Shown: one piece after another, positions 10,540-22,308 of the stretch
Layout of the letters: each line of letters opens with the position of its first letter
How positions within the stretch are numbered: the first letter of the stretch is position 1
Assembly (NCBI RefSeq): GCF_001194135.2
Contig: NC_068986.1
Coordinates: 44,981,333 to 45,015,668 of the forward strand
From: Octopus bimaculoides
Taxonomy: Eukaryota
DNA: 34,336 nucleotides
Direction of reading: 5' to 3'
Translations under genes and position numbers: made by a program
Notes under the pieces: generated by a model
Seen by the model: only the letters and a program-made list of their open reading frames with translations
Told to the model about the DNA's origin: nothing
Database searches by the model: none

Positions 10540-10710
10540 GAGCAAGAATTTGAACAGAAGCTTGCTTTGCAACCATGTGATTTTGAGTTCAGTGCCTCTT
10601 CATGACACCATGGGCAAGTGTCTTCTACTACAGCCCCAGGGTGACTAATTTATTGTGAGTGAATTTGATTGATGGAACTGTGTGGAAGCCCATCGTGTGT
10701 GTGTGTGTGT
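10540..10710 (+). mobile_element. CORE-like tRNA SINE head (family F) with (GT)n
   Basis: gagttcagtgcc B-box, catgggcaagtgtcttctacta core, tgtgagtgaatttg..gaagccc. Confidence 0.75.
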
Positions 10711-10819
10711 ATGTTCAAGTCCCTGAAACTTAATGGTTCAACAAAAAGAGACCAACAGAATTATTGGTAGATTTAAAAACTAAGCACTGGAGTGGATAAG
10801 ACCATCATATATATATATA

Positions 10820-11040
10820 TCATCATATCAAGTTAGTTTTCCATGCTGGCATGGGTTGGATGGTTTAACACGGAGCTGGTCAGACTCCAATTGTCTGTTA
10901 TGGCATGGTTTCTACAGCTGGATGCCCTTCCTAATGCCAACCACTTTCAGAATCTGCTGGGTGCATTTATACAGCACCAACACAAGCACATTTTATGTGA
11001 TACTGGCACCTGTAAAGGACAAGCCTGTATGTATGGCTGA
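10820..11040 (-). mobile_element. RTE-type 3'-end fragment
   Basis: ttccatgctggcatgggttgga..ttctacagctggatgcccttcctaatgccaacc. Confidence 0.75.
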
Positions 11041-11544
11041 CAATGATATATATATATATATATATATAGATAGATAGATAGATAGATATGTGTATATGTG
11101 TATCTTTGCATGTTCTGATGTTGTGGAAAATGATGCATTGAGTTGGATTCTTTTGCATCAAAAGTTAACCTTGGCCAACTGTTAATATATATATATATAG
11201 AGAGAGAGAGAATTGTAAAGTAAATACCAATTCCCAGGGTTGATATCATTGGCTCAAGAGTGTTCCTCCAGTATAGCCATAGCCCAATGATTGAAACCAG
11301 TAAAAGTGTAAATATGCTGTATGCTGTCTTGATAATTTTTCTCATACACTACTTGCCAAAGTGTTACACCTGTGAATAATTTATTGAATATCAACTGATA
11401 AACGATATAGTAATTTGGGCTGTGACAGTATCTATCCTTTGTATACTAGCTTCGTTTTTACTTGCTTTTTAAAGCTACTGTTCTCTCTTTCTCTAGTTTA
11501 AAAAAGAAAAATGATGCAACACTTGCTAAATTTTTGTTTTATTT

Positions 11545-12076
11545 CCAAGGTATGGCTGTATTGTTAAAAAGTTTCTTTCCCAACCATGTGGTGTCTGGTT
11601 CAGTGTCACTATTGGGTGTCTTCTACTATAGTACCAGGCTGACCAAAGCATTGTGAGTGGATTTTGCTGATGAAAACTGACTGAAACTTGTTGTACATAC
11701 ATACACCCCCCCCACACACACACACATATACACATAGAAAAGTGGATGTTAAAATGATGATGATGATGATAATGATACACATGCACACATATATAAATTG
11801 TGTGTGTGTGTGTCTATGTTTGTGTCTCCTTGTTTTGACATTGTAGAATAGTCGTAAATGAATGTCACCTTCATACAAGCAGTGTTATTCATTTCCAATC
11901 TTCTGTAAAAACAGGTCTTGTCATGGGGAAATATTACTTTGCCTGGAAACAGGTGAAGGTTGTCAACAGGAAGGGCTTCCTGCTGTAGAAAATCTGCCAC
12001 AATGAATTCTATCTTACTCATGTCAGAATGGAAAAGTGGACATTAAAATGATGATGATGATGATGATGATGATGAT
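11545..12076 (+). mobile_element. Family F SINE with internal microsatellite and RTE-like (GAT)n tail
   Basis: F head (ggttcagtgtc..gtgtcttctactatag), CA/GT runs, and a tail ggaagggc..tgtagaaaatctgcc..ggaaaagtggacattaaaatgatgat. Confidence 0.8.
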
Positions 12077-12967
12077 AGAAAAAAATTTCCTTATAAGTCA
12101 AGGGTTTGTTTTGCTAATTAATGACTGTGATTATGTGGTTTAATTTTTAAATTAAAAAGAAGTGTTTTGTTATTATTTTCATTTCTTTTTTATGATCATT
12201 TAAAAAAAATTTTCATCTTTGTTCTTTCATTTAATCTTTTCTTAAAATTTGTGCAGGAACATCTTTTTCATTTTCATGCGTTACTTTTATTAGTTTTTAA
12301 TGTGATGAAAGTGTTAGATCTCACATTCCATTTTAGACATGATAATTCCCATTAAAGGAAATAAATATAAACATTTCAATTTGTCACCTTCCATTTGGAT
12401 AAATATACTTTCAGTTTATAAATGGTTTCTTCAAAGTTATAAAAAGAACTTGAAAACATGTAAATTAGATAGTCTAGTTATTACCATATACAGAACAACA
12501 GTCCATCAAATTTCAGAAAGGGTGTCAACTACCAGTAAGTCAGTCTGGCAGAAAACAAAATGGGTCTGAATTCTTAAGATAAGAGAAGACTCATGAAACT
12601 AGCCTCAAGCAACAGGAAACACATTAACCATTTTTTTTTTTTTTTTTTAAATATCAAAGATTTTCACTTTGAGCAATCTAGTAGAGCATTAGAAGGTTCT
12701 TGAAATGAACCAAATATTTTAGCAAGGTTTATGTCTGAAAATTGTTGGCAAAAGCCTATTTTTTAAACCATAACCATACTCCCAAAACTGTTATTGTTGT
12801 TGCTGTTTCATCCCTGGTCAGCTTAAAAGCATTTCATCTGTGACTACACCAACTGTTTTTCAAACAGTGTCTCTGAGATTGAATATTCCAGTATGTTCCA
12901 CCTTGTCCAAGATAAAACGATGTGATTTGAGGCAGATCTAGTTGTTTATATCTAACTAACATGGTGT

Positions 12968-13378
12968 CCTCATCATTTAATGTCCATTTTTCATACTTGC
13001 ATGGGTTTGACAGTTTATTTGAAGCAGATTTTCTATGGCTGGATGCCCCTTCTGTTGCCAACCCTCACCTGATCCTCAGCAAGGTAATGTATCTTCCTGG
13101 CCAGAATATTCTGATAGAATAGTAAAAAGGAACAACACCGCTCATGTGACAAAGACAATCATTTACAACTATCACATGATGTCAAGACAAAGAAACATAA
13201 ACATACACACATATACATGATGGGCTTCTTTAAGTTTCTGTCTACCAAATTCATTGACAAGGCTCAGGTTAGCTTGGGGCTATTGCAGATGACATTTACT
13301 TTAGGTGCTATACAGTAGGACTGAACCCAGAACTATGTAGTTGGGAAGCAAACTTCCTATGACACAGCTATGCTTGTG
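12968..13378 (-). mobile_element. Family F SINE with RTE-like tail
   Basis: Reverse-complement counterpart of 11545-12076. Confidence 0.8.
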
Positions 13379-13654
13379 TATATTCTTCAAATGAATCAAA
13401 TTTTACCATACCTTCCCACTTGGTCATCACAGATGTTTGAGAAAATCAAAAGTAAAATTCACAAGATTTAGGGGTTGTGGCATAATGGTATGGGGAGACT
13501 TCAATCAGTCAAAATCTCAGATCACTTATTCCTTGCAAGGAAAGTGTGACTGCATGATATTACAAAGACATTTTATGAAGAAAAAAAAACTCTTTATGCA
13601 ATAAATTTAAAGTCAAACTAAAATTATAATGTTTCTGTTTGTTTCTCTTTTTTT

Positions 13655-13870
13655 CTTTTTCTTTTTACTTGTTTCAGTCATTTGATTGCGACCATGTTGA
13701 GTCACCACCTTAGATGGTTTTAACTGAACAAATTGACTTTAGTGTTTATTTTTTTTAAGCCTGCTACTTATTCTCTTAGGCTCTATTGCCTGACTATTAA
13801 GTTACGGTGTTGTAAACTAACCGACCCCAGTTGTCAAGTGATGGTGGGTCAAACACAGGCACACACACAC
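13655..13870 (-). mobile_element. SINE tail module G
   Basis: ttttacttgtttcagtcatt..accatgttgagtcaccacctt..taagttacgg..gttgtcaagtgatggtgg; the same module occurs at 16205, 25812 and 34030. Confidence 0.75.
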
Positions 13871-13884
13871 ACGTGGGTGTGTGT

Positions 13885-14207
13885 GTGTAGGCACATGGTT
13901 TAGTGGTTAGAGTATTCGGTTTGTGATCTTAAAGTAGTGAGTTTGATTCCTGGTAGTGCATCGTGTACTTGAGCAAGACACTTTACTTCACATTGCTCCA
14001 GTCTACTCAGCTGGTAAAAATGAGTTGTACCTGTAATTCAAAAGGCCAGCCTTGTCACATTCTATGTCATGCTGAATCTCCGAGAACTACATTTAGTGTA
14101 TGCATGTTTGTGGAGTGCTCAACTACTCGCATATTAATTTCACAAGCAAGCTGCTCTGTTAATTGGACCAACTGGAACACTGAGTGTCATAATCGATGGA
14201 GTGCAAG
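13885..14207 (+). mobile_element. tRNA SINE family C, diverged
   Basis: tggtttagtggttag head, gagtttgattcc B-box, cagccttgtcacattct..gagaactac..aactggaacac body shared with 20250-20613. Confidence 0.8.
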
Positions 14208-14578
14208 TTATATATATATATATATACACACACACAAACATATACATGCATATTCATATATATATATATATACACATATACAAGCATATATATGTATATA
14301 AGTTTGTAACATATACACACACACACACATATATATACATAAATAAACATACGCATTTATAAATATATATATACACACACACACGCACACATAGTTTATG
14401 GAGCCTGTATATGTAAAATCAACAAAAAAGCAATCCATCCAGTGAGAGATAAATATTAATTTAATACACAACCGAAAGAGCTTCTAATAGTTTCATGCTT
14501 TTACGATACTTTAAGTAAGCATATTTATAAAATGCCCTAAGTATCTCCAAGCAATCTTTCAGGCATATATAAATATGC

Positions 14579-14782
14579 AATAATATTTTATAAGCTTAAA
14601 ACTTATAAACAATCACTGTGTATTGGCTAAAGAAAATAGTCTAATATTGGGACATGTAAGCTCTTAACAGAAAAAGTAGGGTTTTCCTTACTTTTTTTCC
14701 ATTGAGGGCTTATATGCCCCAACATTTTCTTTAGTCAATACATGGTGATCACTTATAAGCATTAAGCTTATAAAATATTATT
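14579..14782. repeat. About 200-bp foldback palindrome (MITE-like)
   Basis: Arms of about 100 bp around a gtttt loop. The terminal 19 bp (aataatattttataagctt) are a perfect inverted match, and there is one 8-bp indel. Confidence 0.85.
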
Positions 14783-14894
14783 ATTTACAAAATTGTAAAT
14801 TCAACACTGCTTATGAAATCATTACAGAAAACACACATATATATATATATTTATTAATTTATATGTCTATTTTTTTCATGTTACCATAAGTTAT

Positions 14895-15300
14895 TTTTTT
14901 GGCATTGTTTTATAGCAGACACTTCCTGTCTCTAACCCTAACTTGCTTTCTAAGTAAGAGTTAGTGACAAGAATTCCATACTTTGAAAGTGTAAAGCCAG
15001 CGGATGAGCAAAATGACAGCAACATTACTGCCCTTAGCTGAGCAATTTGGGGAGAAGCATAGATGTAAACAAAAACAGAGATACACACACACACACACAC
15101 ATACATACATACATACACATGATGCATGTATATATTTACATACAAGATGGGCTTCTTTCAATTTCTAATTAGCAAATCTACTCAACATTCTTAGGTTGGC
15201 CCAGAGCTATTGTAGAAGACACTTGCACAGAAAGACTGAACCTGAAAGTGTATGGTTAGGAAGTGAACTTCTTAAGCATATGACCATGCCTGCATGCATC
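14895..15300 (-). mobile_element. Family F SINE with microsatellite and degenerate RTE-like tail
   Basis: gggcttctttcaatttc..tagaagacacttgc head on the minus strand, CA/TA runs, degenerate tail. Confidence 0.7.
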
Positions 15301-15319
15301 CACAGTTTTGTTTACACTG

Positions 15320-15384
<65 letters not shown>

Positions 15385-15404
15385 TACTTGTGTAGGTTTG
15401 TGTG

Positions 15405-15438
15405 NNNNNNNNNNNNNNNNNNNNNNNNNNNNNNNNNN
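15405..15438. other. Assembly gap
   Basis: N characters. Confidence 1.
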
Positions 15439-15523
15439 CCTTGGGCAAGTGTCTTCTACTATAGTCTCAGGTTGACCAAAGCCTTGTGAGTGGATTTGGT
15501 AGACAGAAACTGAAAGAAGCCTG

Positions 15524-15558
<35 letters not shown>

Positions 15559-15745
15559 TAGATAGATGTGTGTCTCCCCCCCCCACCATTATTTGACAAC
15601 CAATGTTGGTATGTTTACATCCTTGTAACTTAGCAGTTCAGCTAAAGAGACCGATAGAATAAGTACTAGGCTTACAAAGAATAAGTCCTGCTAAAGGCAG
15701 TGCTCCAGCATGGCCACAGTCAAATGACTGAAACAAATAAAAGAA
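15439..15745 (+). mobile_element. Family F SINE with internal microsatellite and tail module G
   Basis: ccttgggcaagtgtcttctactatag..gaaactgaaagaagcc, (TA)n, then the reverse complement of module G ending caaatgactgaaacaaataaaag. Confidence 0.8.
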
Positions 15746-16204
15746 TATATATATATATATGTATGTATATAATTTGTTGTTATGCTGTATATTTAGTTGC
15801 ATAATTTTCCTTATACACATAAATATTTACAATTTTTTATGTTCAATTTTCTACACAGAGGAATGTTTTTTAAAACTTCAGCATTTGGGGACTGGGAACA
15901 TTTTTTTTCGTCTCAGTGTGTGTGTGTAATTTTGCATATGCATACATGAAATTTGATGAGTCTAAATAAAGAGAGTTCAGCTACCACAAACTGGCAAATT
16001 CATCCATACACACAAACACTTGTATATGTTTGATGTGATTCATAAATCAGTGAGTCATACGACCACCGAAACCGTGATATGATGTATCTTGGTCAAGTCA
16101 ACCTGGTAGTGTTAGGGTGTCAGGGAAGAGTTGAACTCAGCATTGCAAGCTAATGAGACATCATTTTTACAGTGCCACAGTTCTACAGCTGTTTATATCA
16201 GTGT

Positions 16205-16345
16205 ATTTTTTTATGTTTTGCTAGTTTCATTTGTTGGACTGCAGCCATGCTGGGCCTTCCAATGTTTGAGTTATGAGGACATAAATAAACTAACACTGGT
16301 TGTCAAGTGGTGAGGGAATATACAAACGTATGCACACACACACAT
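16205..16345 (-). mobile_element. SINE tail module G fragment
   Basis: ggactgcagccatgctggg..ggttgtcaagtggtgaggg. Confidence 0.6.
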
Positions 16346-16361
16346 ATATACATGCATAATT

Positions 16362-16738
16362 TTTTTTTTGTAAATAGAATCATAAGCTTTCACTGTATAT
16401 TGACTATAGAAAATAGTTTAATATTAGGGCATAAGAACCCCTGTAACGGAAAAAAGTGGATATTAGTTTGCATGGGAATCAAACCCATGCCTCTTATTTT
16501 TGTAATAAGTTTGCTAACCAATTATATCAACATACCCGCCCTTTTTTTTTTTTTTGGAAAAATTCAGGAAATATAATCTCATAGCAGTAAACATGTAAGC
16601 ATGCAAATTCTGCATCAATTAGAAACTGGTGGCAGTTGAAATTTTTTTGTAAATAGAATTATAAGCCTTCACCGTATATTGATTATAGAAAATAGTTTAA
16701 TACTAGGGCAGAAAACCCCTCATAATAGAAAAAAAAAA
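16362..16738. repeat. Direct repeat pair of about 95 bp (16362-16456 and 16641-16738)
   Basis: tttttttgtaaatagaat(c/t)ataagc..gtatattga(c/t)tatagaaaatagtttaata(t/c)tagggca occurs twice. Confidence 0.8.
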
Positions 16739-16771
16739 ATATATCATATGTATATATTGGGGTCCCATACA

Positions 16772-17138
16772 GTGCCTGTTGTAACCTATTTACAGGTCTG
16801 TGCACTTAAGTTATTGATAATTAAATGCTTTGAGTGACAGATGCAGCAAATTACTTGCCATGATAGGATATGAACCATAGTCTTTCCTACATTTGGTTCT
16901 TTGACGCCCTATCAACTCTATAACTGCAATTTGCATATTGTCTATATGCAAAAATATATCTATTATACATACATGAATGTATGTGTATGTGTTTCTATAA
17001 ACTCCTGGAAACCTCATAAAAATTAGTTCTCGTTTCATAGCATTACGTATAAGAGATATGTCATACTTTCCCATTAATGAGCAATGCCTGTTGTAACCTA
17101 TTTACAAGTTATTGATAATTAAGTACTTTGAGTGACAA
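16772..17138. repeat. Direct repeat pair (about 16772-16838 and 17085-17138)
   Basis: tgcctgttgtaacctatttaca and aagttattgataattaa..ctttgagtgaca occur twice. The first copy has a short extra segment. Confidence 0.8.
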
Positions 17139-18447
17139 TTAAGAAACTGATGCATAGGGAGTTAAATACTTGCAATGGGTGTGAACTCAAGATCTAAAGG
17201 TTGGCAGTGCAATATCATAATCACTAGGCAAGTTTATGTTTTCACACACATGCATGCACACACATACTCTCTCTCTCTCACACACACACATGCATTTAGA
17301 TGTGACCTTAAATCAAACTGTCACTGTTTGTTCAGTCAACTTAGCTGAAATAAAAGCCACATCGATATGACAGCTACAAAAAAATGAACTTGTTCCAGCA
17401 ATTCATTTATTTTCCTAAATTTGCAGAATCCCACAAGGTAAAAAAAAAATTGTTTTAATGGTTTTTCTATCATGTAGTGAAATATTGTTTATCTATGTGT
17501 GCCATTTGTAGCATAATCTTTAAATCAGGCTTACTCCATGTATATGACAATATTGAACAACAAATAATAATTTTATAGAAATACATTAGGAAACATTCAC
17601 TTCACCTTTTTAGTTTATTTTAGCTGACATAGTATTTGCTTAGTATTGAAGCTTCTTAATTGGAATAAATTCCAGATGGGTCAGTTATGTTCTGTATATG
17701 AAGGTACCAGTGGCAGCTCATAGATAAAATTAGTGAGGGTGCTGCTTCTGAAAATTTTTAGCCATTTTAATATTTTGTAAAAGGAAGCAAACATATAAAA
17801 AGAAGATTTATACATAAACTTGATTGGTTTGCATTTTAGCCATTGCTGGGTAGTGTGTTTAATTGCCATGAATTCCCCTTTGTTTTTCAAAAATCCCTAC
17901 TAAATTACAAAATAAGGCAGGGAAATGTGCCCTATTTTTCAAGTCTTGGCAGCAACACTGAAGCAGGATAATAATTTAATTCTACACTTTATCCCATTCA
18001 AGAATATAAACATGTTTTAAGCACAACATACGTGGAGTCAAAAAGAAACACTACCTTTCACTCGATACTGTCATTCATGCAGTGCTCTCTCTCCCTAGCA
18101 TGAAGCTTCCTATTTCGGACATGTGAGCATGCATACAACAGCCAAACACCGCATCGCTGGAACTGTGAAGCGCACAGTTCTATACAAGGATTTTTGTATT
18201 TTTCTCATAAACTAGGGAATGGCTACTGGCATTAAGCTTAAGGATTATATAATGTACAAGTATGAAGAAAGAATTAAAGAGAAAAGGACTCATTATATTG
18301 AATGCTATTGATAATATCAAGTGGAAATTGGAAGTGCTGCAGTTCTGTAGTGCCTATACATGAGCTGCCACAGGAAGGTACTGATAATACATATACCAAT
18401 ACAATATGTTGCATGCTTGATGAGTCAACATTTATATTGTTTCATAC

Positions 18448-18516
18448 CCGACTAAAGAAAAACCTAAAGCACAAATAGATAAATGTCCTGTCCACAAATG
18501 CATTCCTATTAGGTTT
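18448..18516 (-). CDS. Weak candidate internal exon (KPNRNAFVDRTFIYLCFRFSLV)
   Basis: Acceptor gtttgtgtcttcag, donor GG|gtatga, 69 nt, symmetric phase, open frame. No homology recognised. Confidence 0.15.
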
Positions 18517-18699
18517 CCTGAAGACACAAACTCATGGAGGTGCAGGGGATCCAAGAACATGTGTTTAAAGCAAATCAAAATAATGTTGTGAATCCAAAGT
18601 TGGGAAAAGGCTATTTATAGTTCCTTATGGTTATAACTGCAAAGGAGGGGCAAACCCAGTAATGTTACTGGAGACAAAATAGAATTTAATAATTATTTC

Positions 18700-18900
18700 T
18701 ACTATAGGCTCAAAGCCTGAAATTTTGGTGGAGGGGACTAGCCAATTACATCAACCCAAGTGTTTGACTGGTACTTAATTTATTGACCATGAGAGGATGA
18801 AAGGCAAAGTCGACCTCAGTGGAACTTGAACTCAGAATGCAAAGATGGATGAAATGCCATTAAGCAGTTTACCTAGTGGGCTATTATTCCTACCTTCATT
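18700..18900 (-). mobile_element. SINE family A
   Basis: ctttctactatagg..aaagcctgaaatttt..ctggtacttaattt..gaaaggcaaagtcgacctc..gaactcagaa. Confidence 0.85.
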
Positions 18901-19974
18901 TAATTTCATTACAGGTACAGCATAAATTTTCTTGAATCTTTTGTTTCAAAGCATTTCCAAATTACTGATTTTTTCAAACAAGGGGTGGTCACTTCTAGAT
19001 TAAATAAATATTAAATCCACTTGAATAATTAAATAGAAATGCAGATATTTGTACATTAGTATAAATGATACAAGTTTAAGGTACCATGCAAAGTACTGTG
19101 AAACAGGGCTGCCCAGTAAACTAGTCTGATAGCTGCAGGAATTTGAAATTCCTGCTTGTAAATTAGTGTAGATTATAGTGTAAATTAGTGTCCAGAAAAT
19201 CAGTTTTGTACCTGTATTAGAATTTTTGCTTTTGAAATAGATCTTAGAATTTGATGGTACTGTTCCTGGTAATCATATAGTAATTTCTTCCCAGTTATAT
19301 CTCAAAAAAGAAAATGTTTTTTTTAATTACAGGAATTAAGAAGATTTTTGTGAGTTATCAACTTCTTTAACTAATCTATGTAAAATAATGGTTTATAACC
19401 TCAACACAAGGACTCACATTTTGGGAGAAGCATAAAGTTGATTAAATTAATCCTAGAATTTGATGGTTGCTAATTTTATCTTTCCCAGAAGGATGTAAGG
19501 CAAAGTAGACCCAATCCTATAGTCCACAACCTTTAATGTTTTCAAAATAATACAAAATCAGAAATATCAAGCATGATGTGTAAGATACAAATCCTATCTA
19601 CAGTCAAAAACTTCTAAATTCACAGTGAACTGGGGAAACATGAAATGACACTTTGAAAAATGTATTTTTCTATCTTAAAAATAAACTGAGGAATCTGAGG
19701 AAATTGGTTTATATTGGCAAGAATTGTATAGTGCAGTTTTTGAGATTAGAGAAATTTGATAAATGATGCAGGGCAAAAATGGGAAAGATGTGTATACGTG
19801 TATTTGTATGCAGAATGTATGTATACTTGGATTTCTTGGAGAAGTGACTGAACAGAATCGTATAAACTATATTAGCTCTTGCTTTTACTACTTCACTAAT
19901 CTGTTTATGCAAGAGCTTTTACAGGCATACTGCACTAGCTAGAAATAGTAACCAAATCTCCATTAAGTCTTCCC

Positions 19975-20200
19975 TACAATACTGGTTTCAAATTTTGGCA
20001 CAAAGCCAATAATTTCAAGGGAAGGGGTAAGTGGATTACATTGCATCTGGTGATCAACTGGTACTTATTTTATCAATTCTGAAAAGATGAAAGGCAAAGT
20101 CAACCTCAGAGGTTTTTGAACTCAGAACGTAAAGATAGACAAAATGCCCAGAAGCATTTTGCCCGGCGTGCTAACTATTCTGCTTGCTCACCACCTTAAT
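19975..20200 (-). mobile_element. SINE family A (a more decayed copy lies at about 19395-19510)
   Basis: ggtttcaaattttggcaca..ctggtacttattt..gaaaggcaaagtcaacctc..gcattttgcccggcgtgctaac. Confidence 0.85.
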
Positions 20201-20249
20201 CTTCTCTACAATATTGAAAAGAAAATATACATTGGATTATATAGTCAGT

Positions 20250-20613
20250 GGTGGAGGCGCAATGGCCTAGTGGTTAGGGCAGCGGACTCGTGGTTTCGAT
20301 TCCCAGACCGGGCGTTGTGAGTGTTTATTGAGCGAAAACACCTAATATTCCACGAGGCTCCGGCAGGGGGTAGTGGCAAACCCTGCTGTACTCTTTCACC
20401 ACAACTTTCTCTCACTCTTTCTTCCTGTTTCTGTTGTACCTGTATTTCAAAGGGCCAGCCTTGTCACACTGTGTCATGCTGAATCTCCCTGAGAACTACG
20501 TTAAGGGTACACGTGTCTGTGGAGTGCTCAGCCATTTGCACGTTAATTTCACGAGCAGGTTGATCCGATCAACTGGAACCCTCGACGTCGTAAGCGACGG
20601 AGTGCCAACAACA
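20250..20613 (+). mobile_element. tRNA SINE family C, young near full-length copy
   Basis: ggaggcgcaatggcctagtggttagg A-box, ggtttcgattccc B-box, CpG-rich body ending gagtgccaacaacaa. Confidence 0.9.
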
Positions 20614-21463
20614 ATATAGTCAGTCTTGCAATATGCTGAAAGACAAAAAAATACAGGATGATCACTAGTTGGAATGATTTAGATAATAGGCTGATTTGAA
20701 TCTAAACAACATTCTGATTTTTAAAGCTGGCAGTTTCCTTTCAAGAAGCTCCTTAATACTTTAAAATCATTTCCATATTTTCAAGTTTAAAAAGACAGTA
20801 AACCCACAGAGAAATTCTTAAATGATAAAGTTTGACCAAAATTGGCACTCTTGATATCTTGTATTCTGAGATGTGCTCATGACACATCAAATAGTCTTAG
20901 CATGTCAAATGTTCTGGACATGAGTGCTAGTTTGTGATATAGGAATACTCAAGTAGAGATGATTACTGGTTGTTAATAATAAAAAAATTACAACACCAAC
21001 AAAAACAACCTAATTTTTTCCTCAGAAACACACAAAATATTCTCATCCTCCCTCAACACTGAGTATATAAAAAAATATAAAGTTGTTAAAAGACATGAAA
21101 TGATAAAATGGATTAATTCACTAGAATCAAGTTTGTTATCAGTGTATTTTTGACACATGTATGTTGTTTTGCTTTATCAGTGATAGATTAGTCAACAGTT
21201 TAAACTGTGCTGTTATACAAGTATTTTACAGTTATTTTCAACTACTGATTTCACAAAAGTACTTTAAAATCATTTTACAGCTAATATTTAACAAGTAATT
21301 TGAGAAGCAGAGTATTTCCTAAACTAATCTGAGTATTAGTAGTTTGTTACTATCAACAATGTACTAGATATAGATGTGTTTATATAGATATATATGTGGG
21401 TATTTACATAATATACATTGTGTGTTTATGAGTATATATGTATATGTGTGCATGTATGAGTGA

Positions 21464-21494
<31 letters not shown>

Positions 21495-21947
21495 CTACAT
21501 CATTAGTAGTAAAAAACTACTAAGATTAGTCTATTTGTCTAATCTATCTGACTGACAACACTTCACGGTTGAGTGTTTAATTGTAAGAGTTGTAAAATTG
21601 CTTCAACATGTAACATCAAAGTTTGTAAAATAAAACAAACATTGCTTGTAAATAAAAACAAAAAACAAGTATATATAAGCATGATATTGTATTTCTATGC
21701 TGCTCATATTTTTAAAGGCATGATAATTATAAGAAGCTTAATTCAGTAATATAAAAAGAAAGATAGCTTTTATATTTCAACATAGTCCTGTGAAGACCTA
21801 CACTCTGTTATCTAATGTTTTGTGCTGCTCATGTAGCTGAATAATATGGTTGTTAGAATAGAGAAGTAGGCAAACTGATAGAGATCACACATTGATAGAT
21901 GTGGAAAATAGTGAATGATGTGTCTTCCTAGATCTCTAGTCTTTCAG

Positions 21948-22043
21948 AATATGCAAACAGGAGTAATTCCATGAAGCAGAAAAGAAAAAGATCAACAGCT
22001 TCATTGTTGGTCACAGGCTGTGTACCACAAATGATAAGAAAAG
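21948..22043 (+). CDS. Weak candidate internal exon (YANRSNSMKQKRKRSTASLLVTGCVPQMIRK)
   Basis: Acceptor ctagtctttcag, donor AAG|gtaaca, 96 nt, phase 1-1, open frame. No homology recognised. Confidence 0.15.
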
Positions 22044-22308
22044 GTAACAACAGATTTATTAATCATTGAAGTAAATTTTGTGAGGCATGTAGTCTATACT
22101 GAGTAGTTATTTTAGCACAGTAAATCATGATGGACATGATCTGTTCAAATCTGAAAATTATCATACTTTCAGTATTTCAGTTCAAGGTCATAGTTCAGGG
22201 AATCAGCATTTAGTCCTTAGCAGGGCTGGATTTATGTTTGGGCCAAAATAGGTCATGGCCCAGAGGCCTCCGATGCTTGGGAGCTCCATTTAGCTTTCAG
22301 AAACTTAA

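Noticed and set aside
11497-11549. Plus-strand exon-like segment (LKKKNDATLAKFLFYFQ)
   Set aside because: The donor is supplied by a SINE head, and the phases do not chain with neighbouring candidates.
14932-14942. CTAACCCTAAC, identical to a vertebrate-type telomerase RNA template
   Set aside because: It lies within a degenerate SINE tail (it corresponds to gtgagggttggcgacaggaag in other copies). No pseudoknot or CR4/5 context was found.
3638-16121. ORFs rich in YI/HT/CV repeats
   Set aside because: They are translations of (TA)/(CA)/(GT) microsatellites.
18498-18540. attccta and aaactcat resembling U17/snR30 m1 and m2 motifs
   Set aside because: Neither motif matches the invariant sequence exactly, and the H/ACA hairpin framework is absent.
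21928-22150. Minus-strand frame with a single in-frame TGA (LLQ*LINLLLPFL), suggesting selenocysteine or TGA-to-TGG editing
   Set aside because: No homology, no SECIS identified, and other frames show similar stop spacing, so chance is an adequate explanation.
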